A stretch of 64,000 bases of DNA, from contig CBDUPA010000007.1 in assembly GCA_965368975.1 (NCBI GenBank), positions 96,001-160,000 on the forward strand. The letters are read 5' to 3'. Of this stretch, positions 1 to 16,679 are shown piece after piece. Position 1 is the first letter of the stretch. The number at the start of each line of letters is the position of its first letter. The notes below the pieces were generated by a model, which saw only the letters and a list, made by a program, of their open reading frames with translations, searched no databases and was not told where the DNA came from. The position numbers were made by a program, and so were the translations under genes. This stretch comes from an uncultured bacterium. GTDB lineage: Bacteria > Acidobacteriota > Thermoanaerobaculia > Multivoradales > JAHZIX01.

Positions 1-269
1 GCACCGTTACCCTGGCCCAGCGGGTTGCCGCCCAGGAAGCCGGCGACATCGTCGAGGATGCTGCCGTCGTGGTCGCGATCGAGAGCGCCGAGTAGCGACT
101 GGGCGCCGTTCGACTTCTGTGTATTCTGGGATAGCGCACCGAGCAGCATCGGCAACGCGCCGGAAACAGCCGACGCGGTGGACTTCTTGTCGGCACCGAT
201 TTGATTGCTGAGTTGACTGAGGACGGTGTCGTCACCTAGTTGTTGGGTGAGGAGGTCAAGAACGGACAT
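1..269 (-). CDS. DUF937 (YidB-like) protein, runs off the window edge
   Basis: Manual translation from ATG at 269: MSVLDLLTQQLGDDTVLSQLSNQIGADKKSTASAVSGALPMLLGAL...LDRDHDGSILDD, typical of DUF937; not in the ORF track. Confidence 0.75.
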   Translation of the reverse strand, partial: MSVLDLLTQQLGDDTVLSQLSNQIGADKKSTASAVSGALPMLLGALSQNTQKSNGAQSLLGALDRDHDGSILDDVAGFLGGNPLGQGNG

Positions 270-424
270 GGATGGTTTCTCCGTTTCTACAGTGCGGGTT
301 GGGGAGCAAGGACACGTGCCGAAAGGCGGCGAGAGTCGTCACCGGTCAGGATCTGTAATTCCCCGCGTGGGCGTGTGTTCGCTGGGGGGGTAGGGCTAGA
401 AGAAAGGTAAAGGATGAGGACAGT

Positions 425-8764
<8,340 letters not shown>

Positions 8765-8920
8765 GGGAGAGTGAGTCTAGCAGGCGTTGGAGGCTGGGAG
8801 GGTCTCCCTCGGCGAAAGCCGAGAGCTTAGGGGTGAGGCCGTTGGCCGAGGGGACCTGGCGAAGGTTCCCTAGCTGACGAAGAATGCACGCTAGAAAACT
8901 GGAAGCGAGCTGACAGGTTT

Positions 8921-10348
8921 CTAGTGTGCGTTGTGCCAGATTCCCGAGCGCACCGTCATCCACAGAATTTTCACATCTAGGAACAGCGACCAGTTCTGGA
9001 TGTAGTACAGATCGTACTGGATGCGCTTCTTGAGCGACGTGTTGCCGCGCCAGCCGTGCACTTGCGCCCAGCCGGTGATGCCGGCCTTGACGCGATGCCG
9101 CATCATGTACTGCGGGATCTTGTGCTTGAACTCCTGCACGAACGCCGGGCGCTCCGGGCGGGGTCCGACGATCGACATATCGCCCTTGAGCACGTTCCAC
9201 AGCTGCGGCAGCTCATCGATCGACCACTCGCGCAAGAACGTGCCGAGACGCGTGCGCCGCGGGTCGCCCTTGACCGCCCACACCGGGCCGGTCGTCGACT
9301 CGGCGTCGATCCGCATCGAGCGGAACTTGTAGATCATGAAGCTCTTGCCATCCAGGCCCATGCGCTCTTGCTTGTAGAACACCGGTCCACGGTCCTCACG
9401 CCAGATCAGGAAGGCGAGCACCGGCAAGAACGGTGATAGGCCGAGAATGGCGGCCGCCGACAACGCCACGTCCATGGCGCGCTTCATCAGGCTGTACCAG
9501 CCTTGCAGCGGCACCTGCGACAGGTTGATCACCGGCGTGCCGTCGAGATTCTCGATCGCCGCGTTGAGCGTCGCGTATTGCAGGACGTCGGGCACGATGC
9601 GCACGTCGACACACTCGCGGCTCACGCGTTCGATGATACGCAGCATCTTCCGGTGCGCTTCCAGCGGCAGTGCGATGAACACCTGGTCGATCGGCTGCTC
9701 GTCCAGCACTCGATCGATCTCCTTGAGACTGCCGAGCACCGGTACGCCATGGAAACGCGCCTGGGACTTGCCAGGATCGTCGTCGACGAAGCCGATCACT
9801 TCGAAGCCGTATTCCTGGTGGTTGAGGATCTTCTGCGTCACTTCCTGGCCCAACTGGCCAGCGCCGACGACCAAGATCCGCTCGACACCCTCACCGCGGC
9901 TTCGCCGGCGGCGCAGCAGGGCACGCACGAAGAGGCGCGCGAGGGCGATCAAGAGCAGGTTCATGACCGCGAAGATGACCAGGAAGGCGCGGCTGAAGGT
10001 GACGTACTCGAGGCTGTCCGGGCCCACCGTCGGCCGGTACCAACCGGTGAACGCGAGCAACATCAGGTTGGCCAGCACCACTGCCGACACGATGCCGAGC
10101 ATTTCGTCCACCCGGCCGCGCGTGCGTCGGTTCTGGTAGAGGCCGTGGAAGTAGAAGACCAGCGGCCAAACCACGACCAGGAACGGCAACAGCATCAGGT
10201 ACGGGCCGATGCTCGGGACGGCTCGCGTGACGGGAATGATCTGCAGGTCGAAGCGTAGCGTCCAGGCGGCGAAAAACGCGGCCACGGTGGCGAGCAGGTC
10301 GGCAATGAGATAGAGAGAGAAGGTCTTCCGATGGCTTTGATGGATCAC
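8921..10348 (-). CDS. Undecaprenyl-phosphate glucose phosphotransferase (WcaJ-type priming glycosyltransferase)
   Basis: N-terminal TM helices, Rossmann-like GAGQLG, KFRSM, DELPQLWNVLKGDMSIVGPRPER, GITGWAQV, YDLYYI. Confidence 0.93.
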   Translation of the reverse strand: MIHQSHRKTFSLYLIADLLATVAAFFAAWTLRFDLQIIPVTRAVPSIGPYLMLLPFLVVVWPLVFYFHGLYQNRRTRGRVDEMLGIVSAVVLANLMLLAFTGWYRPTVGPDSLEYVTFSRAFLVIFAVMNLLLIALARLFVRALLRRRRSRGEGVERILVVGAGQLGQEVTQKILNHQEYGFEVIGFVDDDPGKSQARFHGVPVLGSLKEIDRVLDEQPIDQVFIALPLEAHRKMLRIIERVSRECVDVRIVPDVLQYATLNAAIENLDGTPVINLSQVPLQGWYSLMKRAMDVALSAAAILGLSPFLPVLAFLIWREDRGPVFYKQERMGLDGKSFMIYKFRSMRIDAESTTGPVWAVKGDPRRTRLGTFLREWSIDELPQLWNVLKGDMSIVGPRPERPAFVQEFKHKIPQYMMRHRVKAGITGWAQVHGWRGNTSLKKRIQYDLYYIQNWSLFLDVKILWMTVRSGIWHNAH

Positions 10349-10408
10349 GAAGCGGACCTCTTCCAGGCGGCAGACTCCTGGTCGTTTTGCTCGGTAGCAC
10401 AGCCCGAG

Positions 10409-11653
10409 CTACAGGTTCTGAGCGCGCGACAAACCTTCGGAAATGGATGACCAAATGAGACGACGAAAGCGAGGAGCGGAGAAGTCCTCCGCGCGAGAAC
10501 GAAGGTTCAAGATATTGAACTGGATTTCGCCGAGTTTGTCAATTGCTGCCCTCAGCGCTGCTTCGTGAGCCATCGCGTCTACTTCCGTCGCAGCCGTGCC
10601 GACGTCGTTCCTTGCCGCCTCCGGCGGCGGCTCGTAGAGCACACCGTGGACTCCGGATTTGACGATGTCCAGGACCCCGCCGCGTCCGCGTGCCACCACC
10701 GGCGTGCCGCAGGCCAGCGCCTCCACGGGGGCGATCCCGAAGTCCTCGACCCCCGGCTGCAGCAGGCAGCGCGCGCCCTGGTACAAGCGCCGCAGGTCGT
10801 CCCCATCGACGCGCCCCAGGAACCGCGTGTTCGACCCCGCCAGCCGCCGCAGCCGTGCCTCTTCCGGCCCGGTGCCGACGATGCGTAGCGGCACCCCCAA
10901 GCTCTCGCACGCGCGGATCGCCACGTCGAGCCGCTTGTAGGGTGCCAGCGCCGCGACGATGAGGCAGTAGCTGTTCGCCGCGTCAGGATCTTCCGAGGGT
11001 TGGAAGAAGTCCACGTCCACCGGCGGATGCACCACCTCGGCTTCACGCCGGTAGTAACGGCGCACCCGCTCGGCGACGAAACGCGAGTTCGCCAGGTACA
11101 GATCCACCCGTCGACTCGACGTCACGTCCCACGCCCGCAGCGCGCTCAAGATCAGCGCCCGCACCCGTGCCACCAGGCCCGTGCGGCGCGGAAAGTACTG
11201 CCGTTCCTGATCCCAGGCGTAGCGCATCGGCGTATGGATGTAGCAGGCGTGGAACGATCCGGGGGGCGACAAGACGCCCTTGGCCACGCAGTGGCTGGAG
11301 CTGACCACCAGGTCGTGCCCGTCCTGGTCGGGCCCGACCAGATCGAGATCCTCGGCGGCGGCCGGATAGAAGGGGAGGTAGTGCCGGTACCAGCGCCGCA
11401 GTCCCGGTGCCTTTTGCAGGAAACTCGTGTGGATCGAGTGACGTTCGAGCGTCTCGCTGACGCTGCCCGGGAAATGGAAGAGCGTGTAGATCGGTGCCGT
11501 CGGGAAGAGCACCGCCAGCTCTTCCAACACCTTCTCGCCGCCGCGCATCCCGGTCAGCCAGTCGTGCACCAGCGCCGGTCGTTGGACACCTGCGGCTGCG
11601 AGTCGAGCGAGCGCGTCCGAGTTGGAGTCAGCTGGGGGGGTATCGTTCTTCAA
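10409..11653 (-). CDS. GT4 family glycosyltransferase
   Basis: HDWLTGMRGGEKVL, HTPMRYAWD, EDFGIAPVEALACGTPV. Confidence 0.92.
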   Translation of the reverse strand: MKNDTPPADSNSDALARLAAAGVQRPALVHDWLTGMRGGEKVLEELAVLFPTAPIYTLFHFPGSVSETLERHSIHTSFLQKAPGLRRWYRHYLPFYPAAAEDLDLVGPDQDGHDLVVSSSHCVAKGVLSPPGSFHACYIHTPMRYAWDQERQYFPRRTGLVARVRALILSALRAWDVTSSRRVDLYLANSRFVAERVRRYYRREAEVVHPPVDVDFFQPSEDPDAANSYCLIVAALAPYKRLDVAIRACESLGVPLRIVGTGPEEARLRRLAGSNTRFLGRVDGDDLRRLYQGARCLLQPGVEDFGIAPVEALACGTPVVARGRGGVLDIVKSGVHGVLYEPPPEAARNDVGTAATEVDAMAHEAALRAAIDKLGEIQFNILNLRSRAEDFSAPRFRRLIWSSISEGLSRAQNL

Positions 11654-11754
11654 GGTCGAGGTATTTCAAGAGTGCCGAGAATGGTTCGAAATTTTGGACG
11701 TCCGAATTCAGATTTCCGGATTCGGGCCGAGGCTCTCGTCTTCCGGGGCCGTGC

Positions 11755-12957
11755 TCAGGAGCGCTTTCCCACGCTCGTGATTTCGCGCGCTCGTGCGCCC
11801 CCCGGCGGCCAGTGCAGCGCCTCGATCTTGCCCGGCGTCTTGCCGCGGAGCGCACTCATGTACGTCCGGAGCGTGCGCTCCGCCGTCTTCTCCCAGCGGA
11901 ACTCGTCCGCGCGCCGCAAGCCCATCTCCGCCAGCGACTCCCGGTGCTCCGCATCCGCCATACCCTGCGCGATCGCCTGCGCGATGCCCTGCACGTCGAG
12001 CGGATCAACCAGATGCCCATACCCCTTCGCCATCTCCTTCAGCGCCGACGTATTCGACGTGATCACCGGCACCCCCGACGCCATCGCCTCGATCACCGGC
12101 AGCCCGAAGCCCTCGTACAGCGTCGGGTAGAGGAACATCGTCGCCCCCTGGTACACCGCCGGCAGCGCCTCCTGCGCCACGTGCCCCAGGAGCTGCACCT
12201 TGTCCCCCACGCCCAGCTGCTCCGCGTGGCGCTTGATCCGCGCCTCCGCGTTGCCCCGGTCGCCCACGCACACCAGCGGCGCGTCGAAGCTGTGGATCTG
12301 CCGTGCTCGCGCATACGCTCGCAGCACGTTGTCGAGGTTCTTGTGCGGCTTCGGGTTGCCCACGAAGAGCAAGTACGGCGGCTTGATTCCCAGATTGCGC
12401 TGCCAGCGTGCCAGCTGCTCGTGCGTCAACCGCTCGCGGAAGCTATCGTCGACGCCGTTGTACACCACCTGGATCTTGCGTCCGGTGACGTCGAAGTACT
12501 TCATCAGGTCTTGCTTGGTCGTCTGCGACACCGCGATGATCCGATCACCGCGCGTCAGGGACCGCTTGATCATCGTGCGCGCGTACAGGAACGCCATGCG
12601 GCTGGGCAGGAACTGCGGATACAGCAAGTGGATGATGTCGTGGATCGTCACCACCACCCGCGACACGTTCACTAGCGGCAACACATAGTGCGTCGCGTGG
12701 TAGAGATCCAGCCGCATTCGATACTGCTTCCACGCCAGCTTCACCAACTCCCGCGCCGAATACACCGGCGCCTTCTCCGTCACCACTCGGAAGTTCTCCG
12801 GCAGACCCGCAAACGCGTCCTTCCGCTGCGGCCCAGCGAACAGCACGTACTGGTTTTCCTCGTCGATCTTCGCCAGTCCATGGACGAGGTGCCGGATGTA
12901 CGTCCCAATGCCGAAGTCGTGGACCTTGCGAGCGTCGATGCCGATGGTGTAGGTCAA
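11755..12957 (-). CDS. GT4 family glycosyltransferase
   Basis: GIGTY, TIHD, PHKN, YEGFGLPVIEAMASGVPV. Confidence 0.92.
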   Translation of the reverse strand: MTYTIGIDARKVHDFGIGTYIRHLVHGLAKIDEENQYVLFAGPQRKDAFAGLPENFRVVTEKAPVYSARELVKLAWKQYRMRLDLYHATHYVLPLVNVSRVVVTIHDIIHLLYPQFLPSRMAFLYARTMIKRSLTRGDRIIAVSQTTKQDLMKYFDVTGRKIQVVYNGVDDSFRERLTHEQLARWQRNLGIKPPYLLFVGNPKPHKNLDNVLRAYARARQIHSFDAPLVCVGDRGNAEARIKRHAEQLGVGDKVQLLGHVAQEALPAVYQGATMFLYPTLYEGFGLPVIEAMASGVPVITSNTSALKEMAKGYGHLVDPLDVQGIAQAIAQGMADAEHRESLAEMGLRRADEFRWEKTAERTLRTYMSALRGKTPGKIEALHWPPGGARAREITSVGKRS

Positions 12958-13193
12958 GGGATCTCCCGGGGGTGGGGGTGCGCGGTGGTTGTGTCAGGTG
13001 GATTGTATGACGAAGCGGGGTGTGCTGCGCCCGTAATCATTGGGTGGACTAGAATCATGTCTCTCACCCTGAGAATGATATCTATGAGGCAGCAATCGTG
13101 TTTCCTCGATGGCAACGGTCCGAATTATGACGTCATGGGATGTTTCGGACAGTGTTCTCAAGTTCCCTATGAAAATGGTGTCAGGAGGTTTAA

Positions 13194-14225
13194 GTGATGG
13201 AGCTGCAGATGGCGATTGAAAAATTCATGCATGGCTACTTTTCGACTTGCAGTAGGAGTGACAAGACAATTCGGGCCTATTCAGTCGATTTGCGACAGTT
13301 CATGGAGTTTCGTAATCCAACTACTGTACTGGAGGGTATTTGCTCTGGGGATCTAGAAGACTGGGCCTCCAGCCTGAAAGCAGAAGGATATTCTCCTGCA
13401 TCTATCCGGAGGAAGTTTGCTACGGTTAGGGTATTCTTCAGGTACTGGTTCCGAAAGAGGCAGCTCACAACCTCGCCATGTGTGGGCATTCGTTTAGATT
13501 TGGGGCGAAGAGTGAAGCTGCCGTCAGCTGTTTCCTATGAGTTTCTCTGCGATCTACTAGGCGTTGCCCGAGCTAGCGTCGTCGACACTGAGCTGGAGCA
13601 CCACTCTGGTAGGAGACTGTTCTTGGCAAAAAGAGATCTGTTGATAGTTGAGATTCTGGTAGCAACAGGTATTCGGATTGGTGAGTTAGCCAACATTTTG
13701 GTGGGGGATGTATCGACCCGAGACTTCTCTATAATTATCAATGGAAAAGGAGGACGGCAGCGAAAGGCGCTGTTGGTTAGAGCGCATTCCCGGGCGGCAT
13801 TGTTAGACTATTTGAGCTCAATAGATATGAACTCTGCAGGCCCGCTTTTCCTGAACCACCGAGGTGACGCACTTTCTTCTCAAGGAGCTGCTCAAGTTGT
13901 GACTCGCTTGTCCAGTCGATTGGGAGCAGGGAAGAGGATCACTCCTCATGTGATAAGGCACTCAATTGCGACGATTTTGCTGAGTCGGGGGGCGGATGTG
14001 CGAGTGATTCAGGTTTTTCTTGGGCACTCTTCAATTTTAACTACAGAAAAGTATCTGCATGTGAGTACAGGAGAGCTAGCCAAGCAGCTGGCGAAATATC
14101 AGCCAGAGTTTCCAGTGGATACGACACCGATAACTAGAAATTATCAACTCTGGAGTGTGTCGAGCCATGGATGTAGAGACAGAACTGGGACTGCAGCGAA
14201 TAGTGTTGATTGCCGACTGTGTTGA
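13194..14225 (+). CDS. XerC/D-like tyrosine recombinase
   Basis: N-terminal SAM-like domain (TIRAYSVDLRQF); catalytic residues in TGIRIGEL, GKGGRQR, HVIRH, LGHSS, TEKY; RBS AGGAGG upstream. Confidence 0.92.
   Translation: MMELQMAIEKFMHGYFSTCSRSDKTIRAYSVDLRQFMEFRNPTTVLEGICSGDLEDWASSLKAEGYSPASIRRKFATVRVFFRYWFRKRQLTTSPCVGIRLDLGRRVKLPSAVSYEFLCDLLGVARASVVDTELEHHSGRRLFLAKRDLLIVEILVATGIRIGELANILVGDVSTRDFSIIINGKGGRQRKALLVRAHSRAALLDYLSSIDMNSAGPLFLNHRGDALSSQGAAQVVTRLSSRLGAGKRITPHVIRHSIATILLSRGADVRVIQVFLGHSSILTTEKYLHVSTGELAKQLAKYQPEFPVDTTPITRNYQLWSVSSHGCRDRTGTAANSVDCRLC
14129..14145 (+). repeat. Putative recombination site, left copy: GATAACTAGAAATTATC
   Basis: Palindromic arms GATAA/TTATC around a 7-bp asymmetric core; exact reverse complement at 19795-19811. 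Confidence 0.8.
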
Positions 14226-15177
14226 AGTTGAGCCTGACCAGACTTCAAGTTTCTCGTCAGCCCTAGATCAGACAAGGTTGAGCGAGAATCTTGAGCTAAA
14301 GGAGGGATTGGAGGAACTTGGCGCGGATGTCATCGTAATCGAGGACCCAGGAGATTTTGCGCTCGCGCTTGACCAGTTTTCTGACTGGCTAGTTTTCCCG
14401 AACTGGATGGGAGAGCGATCGAGAAGTCGTGCAGGTCTGATACCGGCTATCTGTGAGGCAACGGGTACAAGGTATGTGGGAGCTGACGCCTACACGAGGA
14501 TCGTTTGCGGGGACAAGGTGCTGTCTAGAGTTCTGGCGAAGCAAGCTGGCTTCACTCTCCCAAAGCACTGCGTCTGCGCCTTGGGTATGACGATTGGGCC
14601 TTTATTTGACATCGAGCCACCGTATGTAGTGAAACCTTCTAGGCAGAATAGCTCGATTGGCATATCCACGAGAAGTCTCTGCTCTTCGGAGGAGTCTTGC
14701 AGAGAAGTGGTCGCAACTCTTCAGGAAGAGTTTCAGGAGCCCATACTGGTTGAGAAGTTCATTCCAGGGAAGGAGGTCAGTATAAGCATGACTGGGAATC
14801 CTTCGGGCACCACTTCGCTCGCTGCTTGTGAGCGTTACGTCATCGATGATGAGTTGTACTTTGAGTCAGCTTTGTTCTCGCTTGAGCTGAAGAAGTATAA
14901 GATGTTGGAAACTAGACTTAAGCCCAGGCCAGATCTATTGACTCCAGACACTGTCGCAGCGTGTGAGCGACTATTCCGCCTTCTAGGGTGCCCATCAATT
15001 CTGAGAATTGATGGCAGAGCGCCAACCGCGGATCAGTTAACTTTAATCGAAATATCTCCCAATCCGCTCATGACCATGAGTTCTGAGTATCTCGGTGCCT
15101 TCCTTCTCGACGGGAGAGCTCGCATTGATATCCTGCACGAGATCCTCTCTAATTCTCTGACCCGGTGGAGGCGCTGA
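14167..15177 (+). CDS. ATP-grasp ligase, D-Ala-D-Ala ligase-like (divergent)
   Basis: CGDKVLSR, VVKPSRQNSSIGIS, LVEKFIPGKEVS, RIDGR, LIEISPNP; start taken at ATG 14167 (ORF track starts at 14155). Confidence 0.8.
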   Translation: MDVETELGLQRIVLIADCVEVEPDQTSSFSSALDQTRLSENLELKEGLEELGADVIVIEDPGDFALALDQFSDWLVFPNWMGERSRSRAGLIPAICEATGTRYVGADAYTRIVCGDKVLSRVLAKQAGFTLPKHCVCALGMTIGPLFDIEPPYVVKPSRQNSSIGISTRSLCSSEESCREVVATLQEEFQEPILVEKFIPGKEVSISMTGNPSGTTSLAACERYVIDDELYFESALFSLELKKYKMLETRLKPRPDLLTPDTVAACERLFRLLGCPSILRIDGRAPTADQLTLIEISPNPLMTMSSEYLGAFLLDGRARIDILHEILSNSLTRWRR

Positions 15178-16679
15178 TGTGCGGAATTGCGGCCGTTTAT
15201 CCATCATGCAGGGAACTGATAGATGAGGTGCTCCCGCGACTTCGGGAGCGTGGCCCTGATCAGGACGCTGTATCTGATACAACTTTGGCTTCTCTTGGAG
15301 CCTCACGGTTAAAAATTACGGATATGGAAAGGGGAGATCAACCACTAGTAACTAGCTCGGGTAGCACGGTTATTATCTTCAATGGTGCCATTTATAATGC
15401 TTTCTATTTGAGGGAGGCTTTTAATCTTCAGACCCTGACTCAAAATGACGCCGAGGTAGTCGCTTGCTTGTATGAGGTGCTCGGAGATGAAGTAGTGAAC
15501 TACTTGGATGGTATGTATGCATTTATCATAGCTGATCTCAGGAGACAGCGGCTTGTTGCTGCAAATGATTCTTTTGGTATTAAACCCTTGCATTGGGCCC
15601 GGGCGGAGGGGCATCTGCTGTTCTCAAGTACTGTTAGCTCGTTGCCAGTCAATTTTCAGAAGACTGTAAGGCGCTTCCCTTCTGGTGTGCTTTGGGCGTC
15701 AGATGGCACAGTACGCAAGGTGGTGCCGTACCATGGCCAGAGTTGTGGTGAGCTAGTCGAAGAACTGCGACGAGCAGTTCGGTCGCAAGTACCAGCGGAG
15801 GTACCTTGGGGTTGCATGTTGAGTGGCGGTGTCGATAGTGCTTTGGTGACAGCAATGTGCACAGAGTTGCGAGGCTCCTCTGTGATTGCGTATACCGCTG
15901 GGACGCTGAAGAGCGATGACTTCAACGTAGCACGCAGGTTTGCGAAGTTTGTTGACTTGGATCATCGCCCTATTGTGATTGATCGTATGATGGTTGAGCA
16001 GGCAGTGGTTCAAGTCATAGAGGCCACTGCCAACTACGATCCACTAACTGTAATGAGTGGAGTTGGTACCCTACTCGTAGCGGATCAAGCGCGGCGAGAT
16101 GGCGTTAAGGTTCTGCTCTCGGGAGAGGGTGCTGATGAACTCTTTGGTGGCTACGATGTATATCAGAAGATTCCTACTAGAGATCTGAATAGTACTCTCT
16201 TGAGAGATCAGAGCGAGTTGGGAGCTACGGAGTGTCTTAGACTTGATCGTTGCACCGGCGCGTGTGGCATTGAGGCTCGCGTTCCATTCCTTTCTGCCGG
16301 AGTTGTTCAACTGTCTCGATCAATTGGTCCCCTAGATAAGATCTTGCCTACTGCGGATCGGCGGACCTTCAACAAAATTGCTTTGCGACGAGCCGCAGAA
16401 CTGTGTCTGCCCAACTGGGTTGCACACAGAGAGAAGGTGCCGTTCTTCGAAGGAGCAGGTCTATCGGGAATGGTTGCCGAGGTTGCTGAAAGTTGGCTTG
16501 AAAGAAGCAGCATTTCTAGATCTCAGGATGAACTCCGATGCTTTGGAGTTCACTCAACTGTGGCGAGATATCTCTTTGAACTCTGGTTCGAGAGGTTCGG
16601 GGAGATCACGACGAGTTTCGAAGACTTATGTATCCGTGGTCTAACGAGGAGGAATTACTTTCGGCCGAATGGCTTATGA
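15177..16679 (+). CDS. Asparagine synthetase B-like glutamine amidotransferase
   Basis: MCGI Ntn-nucleophile start, RGPD, FNGAIYN, GIKPL, LSGGVDS, SGEGADELFGGY, EARVPFL; TGATG overlap with the ATP-grasp stop. Confidence 0.9.
   Translation: MCGIAAVYPSCRELIDEVLPRLRERGPDQDAVSDTTLASLGASRLKITDMERGDQPLVTSSGSTVIIFNGAIYNAFYLREAFNLQTLTQNDAEVVACLYEVLGDEVVNYLDGMYAFIIADLRRQRLVAANDSFGIKPLHWARAEGHLLFSSTVSSLPVNFQKTVRRFPSGVLWASDGTVRKVVPYHGQSCGELVEELRRAVRSQVPAEVPWGCMLSGGVDSALVTAMCTELRGSSVIAYTAGTLKSDDFNVARRFAKFVDLDHRPIVIDRMMVEQAVVQVIEATANYDPLTVMSGVGTLLVADQARRDGVKVLLSGEGADELFGGYDVYQKIPTRDLNSTLLRDQSELGATECLRLDRCTGACGIEARVPFLSAGVVQLSRSIGPLDKILPTADRRTFNKIALRRAAELCLPNWVAHREKVPFFEGAGLSGMVAEVAESWLERSSISRSQDELRCFGVHSTVARYLFELWFERFGEITTSFEDLCIRGLTRRNYFRPNGL

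Noticed and set aside
14167-15177. Island ATP-grasp as a graspetide ligase or vancomycin-resistance ligase
   Set aside because: Motifs are Ddl-like rather than MvdC/D-like, no precursor is nearby, and there are no vanH/vanX-type neighbours
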